A stretch of 63,258 bases of DNA, from contig JBHLLG010000014.1 in the NCBI GenBank assembly GCA_048885925.1, forward strand, positions 1 to 63,258, read 5' to 3'. Below, piece by piece: positions 1 through 9,879 of this stretch. A model generated the notes under the pieces. The model worked only from the letters and a program-made list of their open reading frames with translations, made no database searches and was not told the origin of the DNA. The position numbers and the translations under genes are program-made. Positions within the stretch are counted from its first letter, which is position 1; each line of letters starts with the position of its first letter. This stretch comes from Candidatus Hermodarchaeota archaeon. GTDB taxonomy: Archaea > Asgardarchaeota > Lokiarchaeia > Sigyniarchaeales > SOKP01.

Positions 1-123
1 GAGAAACCTACAAAATATCGGGAAATTTTAAAAACCATTGCAGCTGAAATACTTGAAAAAATCCCAGATGATAAATTTAAAGAAGCTTTACCAGGATTAT
101 ATGAACAATTAGCAAGAGTTTAG
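1..123 (+). CDS. 3' end of a gene truncated by the window edge (hypothetical protein)
   Basis: Frame-1 reading EKPTKYREILKTIAAEILEKIPDDKFKEALPGLYEQLARV ends at TAG 121-123 and converges on the next gene. Confidence 0.6.
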   Translation, partial: EKPTKYREILKTIAAEILEKIPDDKFKEALPGLYEQLARV

Positions 124-184
124 AGTAAGCCTATTTAATTACTTGATTTAATATTAAGAAATCTAAAAATAGAATATAAAAAGA

Positions 185-1189
185 CTAAATTTCTTCTACT
201 GGTTTCACTACTATTTTTCCTGTCTCATTTGTTTCGATAAGTCCTACTTCTTCCAGTTGTTGAACATTCCTTTTTACGGTGACAATAGGAATACCGAGAG
301 CATTTTTTAGATCTTCTAATGTTATTCCACCTACCTCATCTATGATTAAGAACGTTTTAAAAAGAGGATCTTTTTCCATTAAAGGTTTGAGTTTATTATA
401 AAAGTTTATTTTATCCAGATTTTCTTTTTGGAAAGTCTTTATATCATTAAGGCTTTTATTTAAACGTTCAATTTCTTCATTGGCTTCTCTATTTTTATCA
501 CTTAATTCTCCGACTTTATTAATTAATTCTTCATGTTTTGACCTCATTTTTTCAAATCGGGAAGCATAATCTTTAGCTTCAGAATCTTTTTCGGTGGAAG
601 TCAATTTACTATCTAATAAAAAAGAGTCTAGTTCACCAATTTGTGCTTTTAATTCTTGAGTTTCTTTTAAATGTTTTTCTTCAAGTTCAGCAATTAACTT
701 AACTTGCTCTTCTTTGAATTTATCGGTGAAAGCTTCTAACTCTTTGATTTTAGTTTCTGAGCTTTTAATTGTTTCGTTTTTTAAGATCAATTCTGAATTT
801 TTTTCTGCTAATTCTGCTCTTAAATTACCCATTGTTTCATAAGCATCCTCTAATTTCTTCTGAGTAGGGACAATTTGCTTCTTCACTAATTCCAATTCCT
901 TTTGAGATTGAGCGATTTCACCCTTTGCATATTCTAATTCTAATTCTTTTTCATTAAGAGTTTGTCTCTGAGCACCAATCAATTCTTTCAATTCAAGTAT
1001 ATCTTCTGGTATATCTGACATTTTCGAAATTTTTGCTTTTTGTTGTTCAATTATACCTTCCTGTTCACTAATAATACGTTTTTGACGTTCAGCTAATGCG
1101 GTTAATTTGTCAGCTTTTGCTTGTAAGGTGGCAATCTGCTTTTCACTTGATTCAATATTATCCAACATATCTCGTAAATCTTTTGGCAT
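185..1189 (-). CDS. Long coiled-coil protein with C-terminal winged-helix domain
   Basis: About 270 aa of E/K/Q/L heptad-rich sequence, then wHTH-like ITLEDLKNALGIPIVTVKRNVQQLEEVGLIE. Confidence 0.75.
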   Translation of the reverse strand: MPKDLRDMLDNIESSEKQIATLQAKADKLTALAERQKRIISEQEGIIEQQKAKISKMSDIPEDILELKELIGAQRQTLNEKELELEYAKGEIAQSQKELELVKKQIVPTQKKLEDAYETMGNLRAELAEKNSELILKNETIKSSETKIKELEAFTDKFKEEQVKLIAELEEKHLKETQELKAQIGELDSFLLDSKLTSTEKDSEAKDYASRFEKMRSKHEELINKVGELSDKNREANEEIERLNKSLNDIKTFQKENLDKINFYNKLKPLMEKDPLFKTFLIIDEVGGITLEDLKNALGIPIVTVKRNVQQLEEVGLIETNETGKIVVKPVEEI

Positions 1190-1413
1190 ATTTTTTTTCT
1201 CTAGATTTTAATTTAAAACTGGAATTATATGATATTTATATTAATAATAGTTTTATTATTTTTTTTATCAAAACTTATAACTTAAATAAAAAATCAATTT
1301 TAAATAATTTTCGAAAAAGAAATAAGCTGTCTGTATTTTATTGCTTAATTTTTTGACGGATGGATATAAAATATTGAAATTAAAATAATATTATACATTT
1401 TTTATAAAATATT

Positions 1414-2616
1414 ATGGTATCAATATCTCCACTTAGACCGTATATCCCTCTTAACCCAGAAGAATTCTGTACTAATCCATATGATATTATAAGTAAGGAG
1501 GAAGAAAAAGAATTAAAGAAAAATCCTAATTCATTAATACATCTAATTTTGCCTGATGGAGAGGGTGAGGAAATTTATAAAAATGCTGCTAAAGCTTATA
1601 AAGACTTCATAGATAGAAAACTCATAATAAGAGAGGAAACTCCAAGTATATTCGTTTATCGACAGGAATCTCCAAATTTCAGTCATCAAGGATTAATAAT
1701 GGGGATTGCACTTCAAGATTATGAAGATGGAGATATTGTAAAGCACGAACACACTCGAGAAAAAGCATTAAAAGACCGTACAAATCATATAGTTGAATCA
1801 AAAGTTGCTGCTGGTTTAGTTTGGACTGTATTTCAAGCTAATAAAAAGATTAATAAATTAATTGAAGAAATCAAAAAAAGAGAGCCAAGATTCGTTTTTA
1901 ATAAATATGGATACCATCATATACTATGGCAAGAAAAAGACACCTCAATAATCAAGAAGTTAAAAGATTTATTTAATAAAGAAAAAATCTACATTGCTGA
2001 TGGGCATCATCGTGCTGCAAGTGCTGCAGAGTATCGTAAAATCAAATTGAAAAAACCTAGTATTAATAAAGAATCTGAGGCTCCTTGGCAATATCTGCTA
2101 TCATATGTAGCTTCCGATGATCAGATTCGAATTTTACCCTATAATCGTGTTATTATAAAATTACCCTTAGCAGAACAGGATTTCTTGAAAAAATTAGAAC
2201 AAATTTATCATGTCATACCTATGGAGAGTTCATTTAATCCAGCGAAAAAGAATGAAACGGCAATCTGTTTAAAGGGTAAATGGTATAAGTTAATAATTAA
2301 AAGTGCTAAATTTAAAACGAAAAAAGATAGTTTAGACGTGAGTATTCTTCAGGATAAAGTCTTAGAACCTATTTTAGGTATTAAAGATCCTCGTTCTGAT
2401 GAAAATATTTTTTTTGTAGGAGGAACACAGGATCCCAAAAAAATGGAAAAATATACCACAGAAAAAGGAAATGATTTGTTTATTAATTTGTTTCCCGTAA
2501 ATATAAAAGATTTAGAGTTGATTGCTGATATGGGTGAAGTAATGCCTCCTAAAAGCACTTGGTTTGACCCAAAAGTTCTTTCGGGATTAATTTTACACGA
2601 TTTAGGAGAAAATTAA
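1414..2616 (+). CDS. DUF1015 family protein (ParB/Srx-like fold)
   Basis: Motifs PYDII, HEHT, YIADGHHR and MPPKSTWFDPK; adjacent to serA/serC-like genes, as is usual for this family. Confidence 0.85.
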   Translation: MVSISPLRPYIPLNPEEFCTNPYDIISKEEEKELKKNPNSLIHLILPDGEGEEIYKNAAKAYKDFIDRKLIIREETPSIFVYRQESPNFSHQGLIMGIALQDYEDGDIVKHEHTREKALKDRTNHIVESKVAAGLVWTVFQANKKINKLIEEIKKREPRFVFNKYGYHHILWQEKDTSIIKKLKDLFNKEKIYIADGHHRAASAAEYRKIKLKKPSINKESEAPWQYLLSYVASDDQIRILPYNRVIIKLPLAEQDFLKKLEQIYHVIPMESSFNPAKKNETAICLKGKWYKLIIKSAKFKTKKDSLDVSILQDKVLEPILGIKDPRSDENIFFVGGTQDPKKMEKYTTEKGNDLFINLFPVNIKDLELIADMGEVMPPKSTWFDPKVLSGLILHDLGEN

Positions 2617-2629
2617 AAAAAATTGATTA

Positions 2630-3571
2630 TTAATTTTTTTTTAAAAAATTAGATATTTTTTCTGCAATCATAGTTGCTGCAGCAGTTTGGTTTTCAATAC
2701 TCTGGGAAGCTATGTGTGGGGTGAGCACAAGATTCTCATCCCAGCTAATTAATTCTTGATCTTTTAAAGGTTCTTCACGATAAACATCAAGAGCGGCTCC
2801 CGCGATATCTTTATTTTTCAAAGCTTTTAGTAAAGCTTTTTCATCAATTAAATTACCTCTGGCTGTATTTATAATTATTGCATCTTTTCGCATCAGAGTA
2901 ATTCGCTTTTCGTTTATTAAATTCTCAGTTTGAGGTGTAGCAGGGAGATGTAATGAAATAATCTGAGCTTGCCTTAATAAATCATCGACTAATGAATAAA
3001 TTGAACATCCTATTTCTTTTGCTTCGTCTATAGCTACTTGTCCTTTACTAAATCTAGAATAAACTCCAACTTTCATTCCCATAGCAATAGCAATTTTGGC
3101 TAGGTGCTTCGCCGTATTACCAAATCCTACTAATCCAAGCATCTTTCCCTCTAATGTATATCCTAAATAATCATTTTTATTCCATTTTCCTTGGTGCATA
3201 GTGCGATCAGCATGAGCTATTTTTCTTGCTAAAGATAGCATTAAACCTAAAGCTAATTCTGCAACTGATACAGCAGGAGCTTCAGGTGTATTTAAAACTT
3301 CTATATTCATTTCAGCAGCTTTCTTCAAATCAATATTGTCTAATCCAACTCCTGCTCTCCCGATTACTTTTAATTTTTTTGCATTCTCCAAGATATCAGC
3401 AGTTAATTTAGTTCTTGAACGAACTACAATCCCATCATAATCTCCTATTTCCTTTTTTAGATCTTCCTTAGTAATTGTAAATTTTTTCATAACTTCAAAT
3501 CCGTTCTCTTCAAATATTTTAATTCCTTCATCTTCAAGAGTATCGCTGATTAAAATTTTCATTAATATCAC
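2630..3571 (-). CDS. serA: D-3-phosphoglycerate dehydrogenase (D-2-hydroxyacid dehydrogenase family)
   Basis: VRSRTK, GRAGVGLDNID, GFGN (Rossmann), INTARG, AALDV, LTPHIA; no ACT domain. Confidence 0.85.
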   Translation of the reverse strand: MILMKILISDTLEDEGIKIFEENGFEVMKKFTITKEDLKKEIGDYDGIVVRSRTKLTADILENAKKLKVIGRAGVGLDNIDLKKAAEMNIEVLNTPEAPAVSVAELALGLMLSLARKIAHADRTMHQGKWNKNDYLGYTLEGKMLGLVGFGNTAKHLAKIAIAMGMKVGVYSRFSKGQVAIDEAKEIGCSIYSLVDDLLRQAQIISLHLPATPQTENLINEKRITLMRKDAIIINTARGNLIDEKALLKALKNKDIAGAALDVYREEPLKDQELISWDENLVLTPHIASQSIENQTAAATMIAEKISNFLKKN

Positions 3572-3740
3572 GTGTACTTAAATTAAATAGATTGATTATT
3601 TTTTTTAGTTTAAAAATCTTTAAAGATTTTTTGTTATTCAATTCAAAATAATTTTTAATTTACTTAAATTTTATTTGGAAAATGATAAATAAAAAAATAA
3701 AAAAGGCTGATACTAAAAAAAATTATTGAGAATCTCAATT

Positions 3741-4853
3741 TTAATTTAAATAATTTATTATCTCTTTAAGTATATTTAGCATTTTTTCAAGATCTTTGAC
3801 CTGAATTTCTCCCATGTGACCTATTCTAAAAGTTTTATTTACTAAGGAGCCGTAACCGTTTACAATTTTGTATCCTTTATTCGTAAGATTCTTCAACATT
3901 GTTGGAATATCAAGATTTAATGTATTTTTAATTGTTGATACCGTATTGGATTCATACCCTTTTTCAGGGAACATTTCCAAGGATATATCATTTACCCATG
4001 TTCTTGCTCGTTTTCCTAATTGTTCATGTCGGTCGAATCTATTTTCCAATCCTTCTTCTTTCAAAATATAGTCTAATTGTACGACTAATCCCCGAATTTG
4101 TGCAATTGGTGGTGTAGTAGGAGTTTCATTTTCCTTATTTTTTTTTATTGTTGTTAAGAAATCAAAGTACACACCCCTATTTTTTACTTGTGTTGCTTTT
4201 TGGAGTGCTCTTTCAGAAATCGAAGCCACAGCAATCCCAGGTGGTAAAGCGAAACACTTTTGAACTGAAGCTAGAAATATATCAATATCTAATTTATCAA
4301 CTTCAACTTTAACACCACACATAGAGGATGTTCCATCAACACATACGAGAGCTCCATGATCTTTTATTATTGGAACAAGCTCATAAATTGGATTATAAAC
4401 TCCCGTAGATGTTTCATTTGATTGTAAAAAAACTACAGAATATTTATTTTTTGATAATACTTCCTGTAAAAAATCTGGCTTTATTGCCTCTCCCCATTCA
4501 ACACCCTCTTTGACAGAATTTTTTCCATTTTCTATCCCAATCTTATACCATCTTTCGCCAAAATCCCCAATCGATAAAAATAAGCCTTTTTCATCATCTT
4601 TAAGTAAATTACGAACGCATCCTTCCATAACTCCAGTTGCGCTAGAAGCAAAAATAGCACATTCATTTTTAGTAAACAATACTTTCTGTAGTCCTTCTTT
4701 TACGATCTGATGCATTTCTCTATAGAATGTAGATCGATGAGTATCATTAGGCATAGCCATCGCTTTTAAAACACGATCAGGAACATAAACAGGTCCGGGA
4801 GTAAATAACATTAATGGTGTTCCCTTATCTTTATTAAAATGTACATCTGACAT
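3741..4853 (-). CDS. Class V PLP aminotransferase (serine-pyruvate / archaeal phosphoserine aminotransferase type)
   Basis: FTPGP, NETSTGV, VDGTSS, ASVQKCFALPPG (PLP lysine), FRIGHMG; sits next to serA. Confidence 0.88.
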   Translation of the reverse strand: MSDVHFNKDKGTPLMLFTPGPVYVPDRVLKAMAMPNDTHRSTFYREMHQIVKEGLQKVLFTKNECAIFASSATGVMEGCVRNLLKDDEKGLFLSIGDFGERWYKIGIENGKNSVKEGVEWGEAIKPDFLQEVLSKNKYSVVFLQSNETSTGVYNPIYELVPIIKDHGALVCVDGTSSMCGVKVEVDKLDIDIFLASVQKCFALPPGIAVASISERALQKATQVKNRGVYFDFLTTIKKNKENETPTTPPIAQIRGLVVQLDYILKEEGLENRFDRHEQLGKRARTWVNDISLEMFPEKGYESNTVSTIKNTLNLDIPTMLKNLTNKGYKIVNGYGSLVNKTFRIGHMGEIQVKDLEKMLNILKEIINYLN

Positions 4854-5076
4854 AATTGGTATGATTTTTTGTTTAATTAAAAATTTTTAGTTTAGTGGTA
4901 CAATATTAAATAGAATGTTTTGATATAATTTTTATTCTTTTTTATTAGGAATTTTAATTAATACAAAAATAATAAAAGCATTATTAAATCAAATTGCTTC
5001 AAATACTCATACAAACTTAAGTGAAATCCACTTTAAAAAATTTGAAGATTTCTTTCAAATGAATGTATTAAATTAT

Positions 5077-5736
5077 TTATGCTATTTTATCTAATATTAT
5101 ATTTCCGTTGCGATCCACAGAAATTATATAATCAGAGATAATGTATAAGAAGAGTTTAAAATTCCTTAAATGCCTAAGAGATAAACCATACTCACTCAAG
5201 TATAATGCTGCTCTACATAAAACATTGAGTATGATTATAATAAAGAGCGCAATAATATTAAATAAAAAGTTCTTCTCATTAGAAGTGAATGCTGTAAAAC
5301 AAATTATTAGTGTTATAAAACCAACAATAATATTTATCACTCTCTGAGTTGATGAGTAAATATCAACTATTAGTCCTTTAATAATACCAGCAAACCCAAA
5401 AAATATCATAGGAAATGCAATTAAAGCGAGTATCAAATGGTAGGTAACTCCAGGGAATGTTAATAGAAAGATCAAGAATAATACCGAAAATAGAATGTAA
5501 ATCGTTCCAATTAAAAGTTGATTAATTTGTATGTATCCCTGATTTTTTTTTTTATTTAATCCATCAATAATCCTTAAAACTCCGGAAACAAATAAACATG
5601 TTAAGGGGTAAATAACCAAGGATAAAATTGCTTCTAATGTAAAAAATAAAAAATATATCACAAAACCCATTATCATTAATATGCTAACATAATTATCAGA
5701 ACGAATCTTATATTTGTAGATCAATCTTAGATCCAT
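5077..5736 (-). CDS. Multi-pass membrane protein (HdeD/DUF308-like)
   Basis: About six hydrophobic segments with G-x-x-x-I-I-x-G patterns. Confidence 0.55.
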   Translation of the reverse strand: MDLRLIYKYKIRSDNYVSILMIMGFVIYFLFFTLEAILSLVIYPLTCLFVSGVLRIIDGLNKKKNQGYIQINQLLIGTIYILFSVLFLIFLLTFPGVTYHLILALIAFPMIFFGFAGIIKGLIVDIYSSTQRVINIIVGFITLIICFTAFTSNEKNFLFNIIALFIIIILNVLCRAALYLSEYGLSLRHLRNFKLFLYIISDYIISVDRNGNIILDKIA

Positions 5737-5881
5737 AATTTTCAGTCTTAAAATTAGTTTTTTTTCTTGAAATTAAATAATCTATTCTATTATTTTTATT
5801 TATGCTTCAATCTTATAATTCAGTATGATATTTAAAAATCATGTGATTTAAAATGTAATATTCAAGATTTTCATTTAGATA

Positions 5882-6817
5882 TTATAAAAAAAGAATGATG
5901 TAATTACCGATAATAATTAATAACACAGCGATTAAAAATCTTTTACGAAATTTCTCTTTTAAAAATAAAATTGAAAAAATCTGTTGAACCATAGGTGTAT
6001 TTATCGTAAAAGCAGATGTAAGAATTAAGCCATTAATTTCAGCAGCTTTAATATATATGGCATCTGCAAAACCTAATGATAAAATCCCCGCTATTCCAAT
6101 ATATAAAAAGTATTTCAAGTTGTTACGATTTTCTTTTTTAAATCCTGAATAATATTCTTTTTGAAAAATACCTAAAATAGCAATTGAAATCATCCCAAAA
6201 CCAACTCGAAAGAAATTAGATACAAATACATCTCCAGATAGTATTCTAGATTGATTAAACGAGACATATGCAAGTGCCCAAAAAAATGCTGTACCAATTG
6301 CAAATAACACTCCTAAAATTAAATCTTCTGAAATTCTTTCTTTTAAACTCCTATGTAGATCCATCTTTTCAGATTTATCTTTCGAACTTAGAATAAAAAC
6401 ACTTGAAAGTATTAAGGAACCGCCTAATATAATTGAATATGTAATTTCTTCATCAAAAAGGAAGAATGAAAAAAATATAACAAATATTAGTGAGAGTTGA
6501 ACAAGAGGATATGTACGTGAGGCATCAATTCTTTTTAAAGACATATAATATAATAAATCTCCTATAGTAACACTCAATCCTGATATAATACATGCTATTA
6601 AGTAAGTAATTAATTCTGAGTTAGTTAGGTTTCTAAGAAAAAAAAAACTACCAAAAATTAAAGAAAAAATAAAGGTTCCAAAAGCGGTACAACATAATCT
6701 AAAAAATAAATTAGCTTTTGGTTGGGTTTTTTCCAATCCTTTTTTATAAACAAGTGAAGCTATTGCCCATGTAAATATAGCATCAAGAGTGAAAATAAAA
6801 CCTATTATCTCTACCAT
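5882..6817 (-). CDS. DMT/EamA family transporter
   Basis: About ten TM helices in two repeats (YYMSLKRIDASRTYPL; FLKEK). Start moved to the ATG at 6817 (MVEIIG) rather than the ORF-track TTG at 6949. Confidence 0.82.
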   Translation of the reverse strand: MVEIIGFIFTLDAIFTWAIASLVYKKGLEKTQPKANLFFRLCCTAFGTFIFSLIFGSFFFLRNLTNSELITYLIACIISGLSVTIGDLLYYMSLKRIDASRTYPLVQLSLIFVIFFSFFLFDEEITYSIILGGSLILSSVFILSSKDKSEKMDLHRSLKERISEDLILGVLFAIGTAFFWALAYVSFNQSRILSGDVFVSNFFRVGFGMISIAILGIFQKEYYSGFKKENRNNLKYFLYIGIAGILSLGFADAIYIKAAEINGLILTSAFTINTPMVQQIFSILFLKEKFRKRFLIAVLLIIIGNYIILFL

Positions 6818-7015
6818 TAATGAATTTAAATTTAAATTTGCTTTAAAAGTATTTTTAAAATCATATTCAATTTCACATTTCAATATAATTACGAAATTTT
6901 TTGAGTTATGTATAGTAAAAAAGAATGTGTTTTTTTCATCCAAGGACAATTTTTATTTTTAGAATTATAGATAATTAGAAGAAAATTATTAAATTATAAG
7001 ATCTTTAATGAAATT

Positions 7016-7717
7016 ATGAGAAAAGAAGATGCTTTAAACTCTAATAATTCTAAATTCTTAAAATATTCTGGATTTGTAGTTAAAAAACCAGAAAAAAATG
7101 ACATAAAAAGTAATCAAATTACCAAAACAGGTACTACTACAGTGGGTTTAGTATGTAAAGATGCTGTTATTTTGGGAACCGATAAAAGAGCGACAATGGC
7201 ATATTTTATAGCAAGCAAAACTGCTGAAAAATTACATGAAATTCAAAATCACTTATTTATGACAATTGCAGGAGGAGTAGCAGATGCATTATATCTTGTG
7301 GATATATTAAAAGCGGAAACGACTATATATCAATTGGCTCATGATAATAAGCCAATTTTAGTAAAATCTGCTGGAAAGTTGTTATCAAACATATTATATC
7401 AAAATAAAATGTTTCCTTTTGAAGTAGGGCTAATATTAGGAGGAATCACTGAAGAAGAAGGTCCTACAATTTTGGATATAGGAGCATATGGGTCCATTTT
7501 ACCAGAAAAATATTGTGCAATAGGTAGTGGTCAAAACTTTTCTTATGGTGTTTTAGAAGCAAAATATAAAGATAATTTATCTGTTGAGGAGGGTAAAAAA
7601 ATTATAAAGCAAGCTATAACATCTTCTATTATACGCGATATGGCGAGCGGAAATGGTATAGATCTAGCAGTTATTAAAAAAGATAGTCCTGCTGAGCGTG
7701 AATTTATACCTATATAA
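7016..7717 (+). CDS. psmB: Proteasome subunit beta (with propeptide)
   Basis: KTG/TTTVG processing site, DKRAT, GSG, RDMASGNG. Confidence 0.95.
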   Translation: MRKEDALNSNNSKFLKYSGFVVKKPEKNDIKSNQITKTGTTTVGLVCKDAVILGTDKRATMAYFIASKTAEKLHEIQNHLFMTIAGGVADALYLVDILKAETTIYQLAHDNKPILVKSAGKLLSNILYQNKMFPFEVGLILGGITEEEGPTILDIGAYGSILPEKYCAIGSGQNFSYGVLEAKYKDNLSVEEGKKIIKQAITSSIIRDMASGNGIDLAVIKKDSPAEREFIPI

Positions 7718-7955
7718 AATTACTACTTTTAAATTTTACTTTTTAAAAACTGGTTTCTTCTTATTTAAGGTTTATCTATTATAATTTTCAATTAAAAAAA
7801 ATTTAAAAGAAAATATTTAATAATAGTAATAGCATAATTTTATCAAAATAAATTACAAAATCTTAAGATAGAAGGATTATCTCTTAAAAGATCATAGAAT
7901 TAGCACTTAAAGCCATTAATACTAATATATAATATATAATTAGCAGAGAATTAAA

Positions 7956-8687
7956 ATGAGCTATAGAATAATTGTTGATTTATCTCATAAAGAAAAAATA
8001 GAAGAGTTTCCTGAGTTTAGCTTGGGAGAAGATGAATATGAGATTGACTACATTGATAAAAATGAAGGACCAATAAATTTTGAGATGCTTGAAGATTTTG
8101 ACATTCTCTTTATTGGAAATGTTCTACATGCTAAAGACGAAAAGAAAGATAAATTTACACAGGAAGAATTAAAAGCCATCAAAAGATTTGTTGGAGAAGG
8201 AGGGGGATTATTTTTAACAAGTGGAAAAGGTGGAGATAGAGATATTCCAATGAAAGAAGGTTCTATTAGAGTGTTATATAAAATTACAGGAGTTCGGAGA
8301 TTCTGGAATGGAATTATCTATGAAGCTCCTTCAAATTTTTTAGTTAAAAAGAAAAATATTTTAGTTACAGAGTTATTCAACCATCCCATTACCTCAGGTA
8401 TTACTGAAGTTGTTTTTCCTAATTGTACTTTTTTTACTATTTCAGAAGAAGATGTAGATGATATAATTGTTACCTCTGAGAAAGCTGAGTTTAATTATTA
8501 CGTTGATGATGAATTGGGTGCTATTGGAACAGTTCCTATATGTGTAGTCTCAGAATTTTATGAAGGTCGGTGTGTTACTGTTGGATCTTCTGATTGGTTA
8601 ATTGAAGATAGTGATTTTGGACTTGATGCAGGGGATAATCTAAAATTTCTATCTAATATTATCGAATGGTTATCTTTTGAGTCTTAA
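7956..8687 (+). CDS. Class I GATase-like / GIFT (GldG-IFT52)/DUF4350-type domain protein
   Basis: IIVDLSHKE, FTQEELKAIKRFVGEGGGL, HPIT, GRCVTVGSSDW, DNLKFLSNIIEWL. Confidence 0.6.
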   Translation: MSYRIIVDLSHKEKIEEFPEFSLGEDEYEIDYIDKNEGPINFEMLEDFDILFIGNVLHAKDEKKDKFTQEELKAIKRFVGEGGGLFLTSGKGGDRDIPMKEGSIRVLYKITGVRRFWNGIIYEAPSNFLVKKKNILVTELFNHPITSGITEVVFPNCTFFTISEEDVDDIIVTSEKAEFNYYVDDELGAIGTVPICVVSEFYEGRCVTVGSSDWLIEDSDFGLDAGDNLKFLSNIIEWLSFES

Positions 8688-8710
8688 TCAAATAAAACAT
8701 CCTTTTTATT

Positions 8711-9823
8711 ATGGTTTTTAGGATTCTTCGACCCGATTCTGGAACTGTATGGAAAAATGAAGAAATTCTTAAACGATTTTCAAAATATAAGGGAATAATC
8801 GATGGTACTCAAATTGCGAGATATTTAATTGCTAAAACTGTGGAATGTGAATATAATTCCGATGATCCAATAGATGATCTTGAAAAAAAATTAAAAGAAA
8901 CATCTCTAGAATTTAATGAAAAACTAAATAAAAAAATTGAAGAGAAAAAAAATTTTAAAGTTGCTACTATCTCTTATATTAATCTAGCAGAGACTCTTGC
9001 AAATAAATATCTCCAGAATTGTATCTTTTGCGAACGGCAATGTAATGTTAATAGGATTAATGGAGAAAAAGGTTTCTGTTTAATACCAGAGGATTCATAC
9101 ATTTCATCAGCATTCCTACATATGGGCGAAGAGCCTATTTTGATCCCGTCTGGCACAATTTTCTTCCAAGGATGTAATTTTGGATGCGCTTTTTGTCAAA
9201 ATTATGATATATCTCAAGCGTGGAAAAATAAGAAGGATTTAGAAGATGTCGCTCAGAAAGTCAATTCCAAAGAACTAGCTGGTATAGCTGAAAAGTTAGT
9301 TGACAGAGGGGCAATAAATATTAACTATGTTGGAGGAGATCCAATTCCTAACATTCATACAATCGTAGGAAGTTTAATTTTTCAACAAACTAATATTTGT
9401 CAATTATGGAATTCTAATTTTTTTTTAACAGAAAAATCATTATCTTTAATAATAGACTTTATTGATTTCTGGTTACCCGACTTTAAGTATGGAAATAATG
9501 AATGTGCCAAAAAGTATTCTGGAATTGATAATTATTTTGATATTGTTGCCAGAAACCATAAAAAAGTACATGACGAGGGAAGTGGAGAAATTTGTATTAG
9601 ACATTTAGTCATGCCGACGCATACTGAATGTTGTTCTAAGCCAATATTAGATTATGTGGCAAAGGAACTTCCAAACGTAGTAGTGAATATTATGGCTCAA
9701 TATCGACCTCAATTTCGTAGTTCCAAGTATCCTGAAATAAATCGTAGACCTGATCCGCAGGAGATGCAAGAAGTTAGAGATTATGCTGATAAATTAGGAA
9801 TATTTTGGAGACCTGTTTCTTAA
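8711..9823 (+). CDS. Radical SAM protein, PflX/PFL-activase-like
   Basis: CxxCxxxC (CIFCERQC), HMGEE, GCNFGCAFCQN, PDFKYGN, IRHLVMP. Confidence 0.88.
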   Translation: MVFRILRPDSGTVWKNEEILKRFSKYKGIIDGTQIARYLIAKTVECEYNSDDPIDDLEKKLKETSLEFNEKLNKKIEEKKNFKVATISYINLAETLANKYLQNCIFCERQCNVNRINGEKGFCLIPEDSYISSAFLHMGEEPILIPSGTIFFQGCNFGCAFCQNYDISQAWKNKKDLEDVAQKVNSKELAGIAEKLVDRGAININYVGGDPIPNIHTIVGSLIFQQTNICQLWNSNFFLTEKSLSLIIDFIDFWLPDFKYGNNECAKKYSGIDNYFDIVARNHKKVHDEGSGEICIRHLVMPTHTECCSKPILDYVAKELPNVVVNIMAQYRPQFRSSKYPEINRRPDPQEMQEVRDYADKLGIFWRPVS

Positions 9824-9879
9824 CAATAAATTGGCAGAATACAAATAAATTAAAAATAATTTTTCTTAAAAGGGATAAA

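Noticed and set aside
6818-6949. ORF-track N-terminal extension of the EamA transporter
   Set aside because: It is hydrophilic, lies in the AT-rich divergent promoter region shared with psmB, and the TM pattern starts at ATG 6817.
9805-9879. ORF-track N-terminal extension of the xylulokinase
   Set aside because: It overlaps the radical SAM gene and precedes the FGGY first motif; ATG 9880 fits better.
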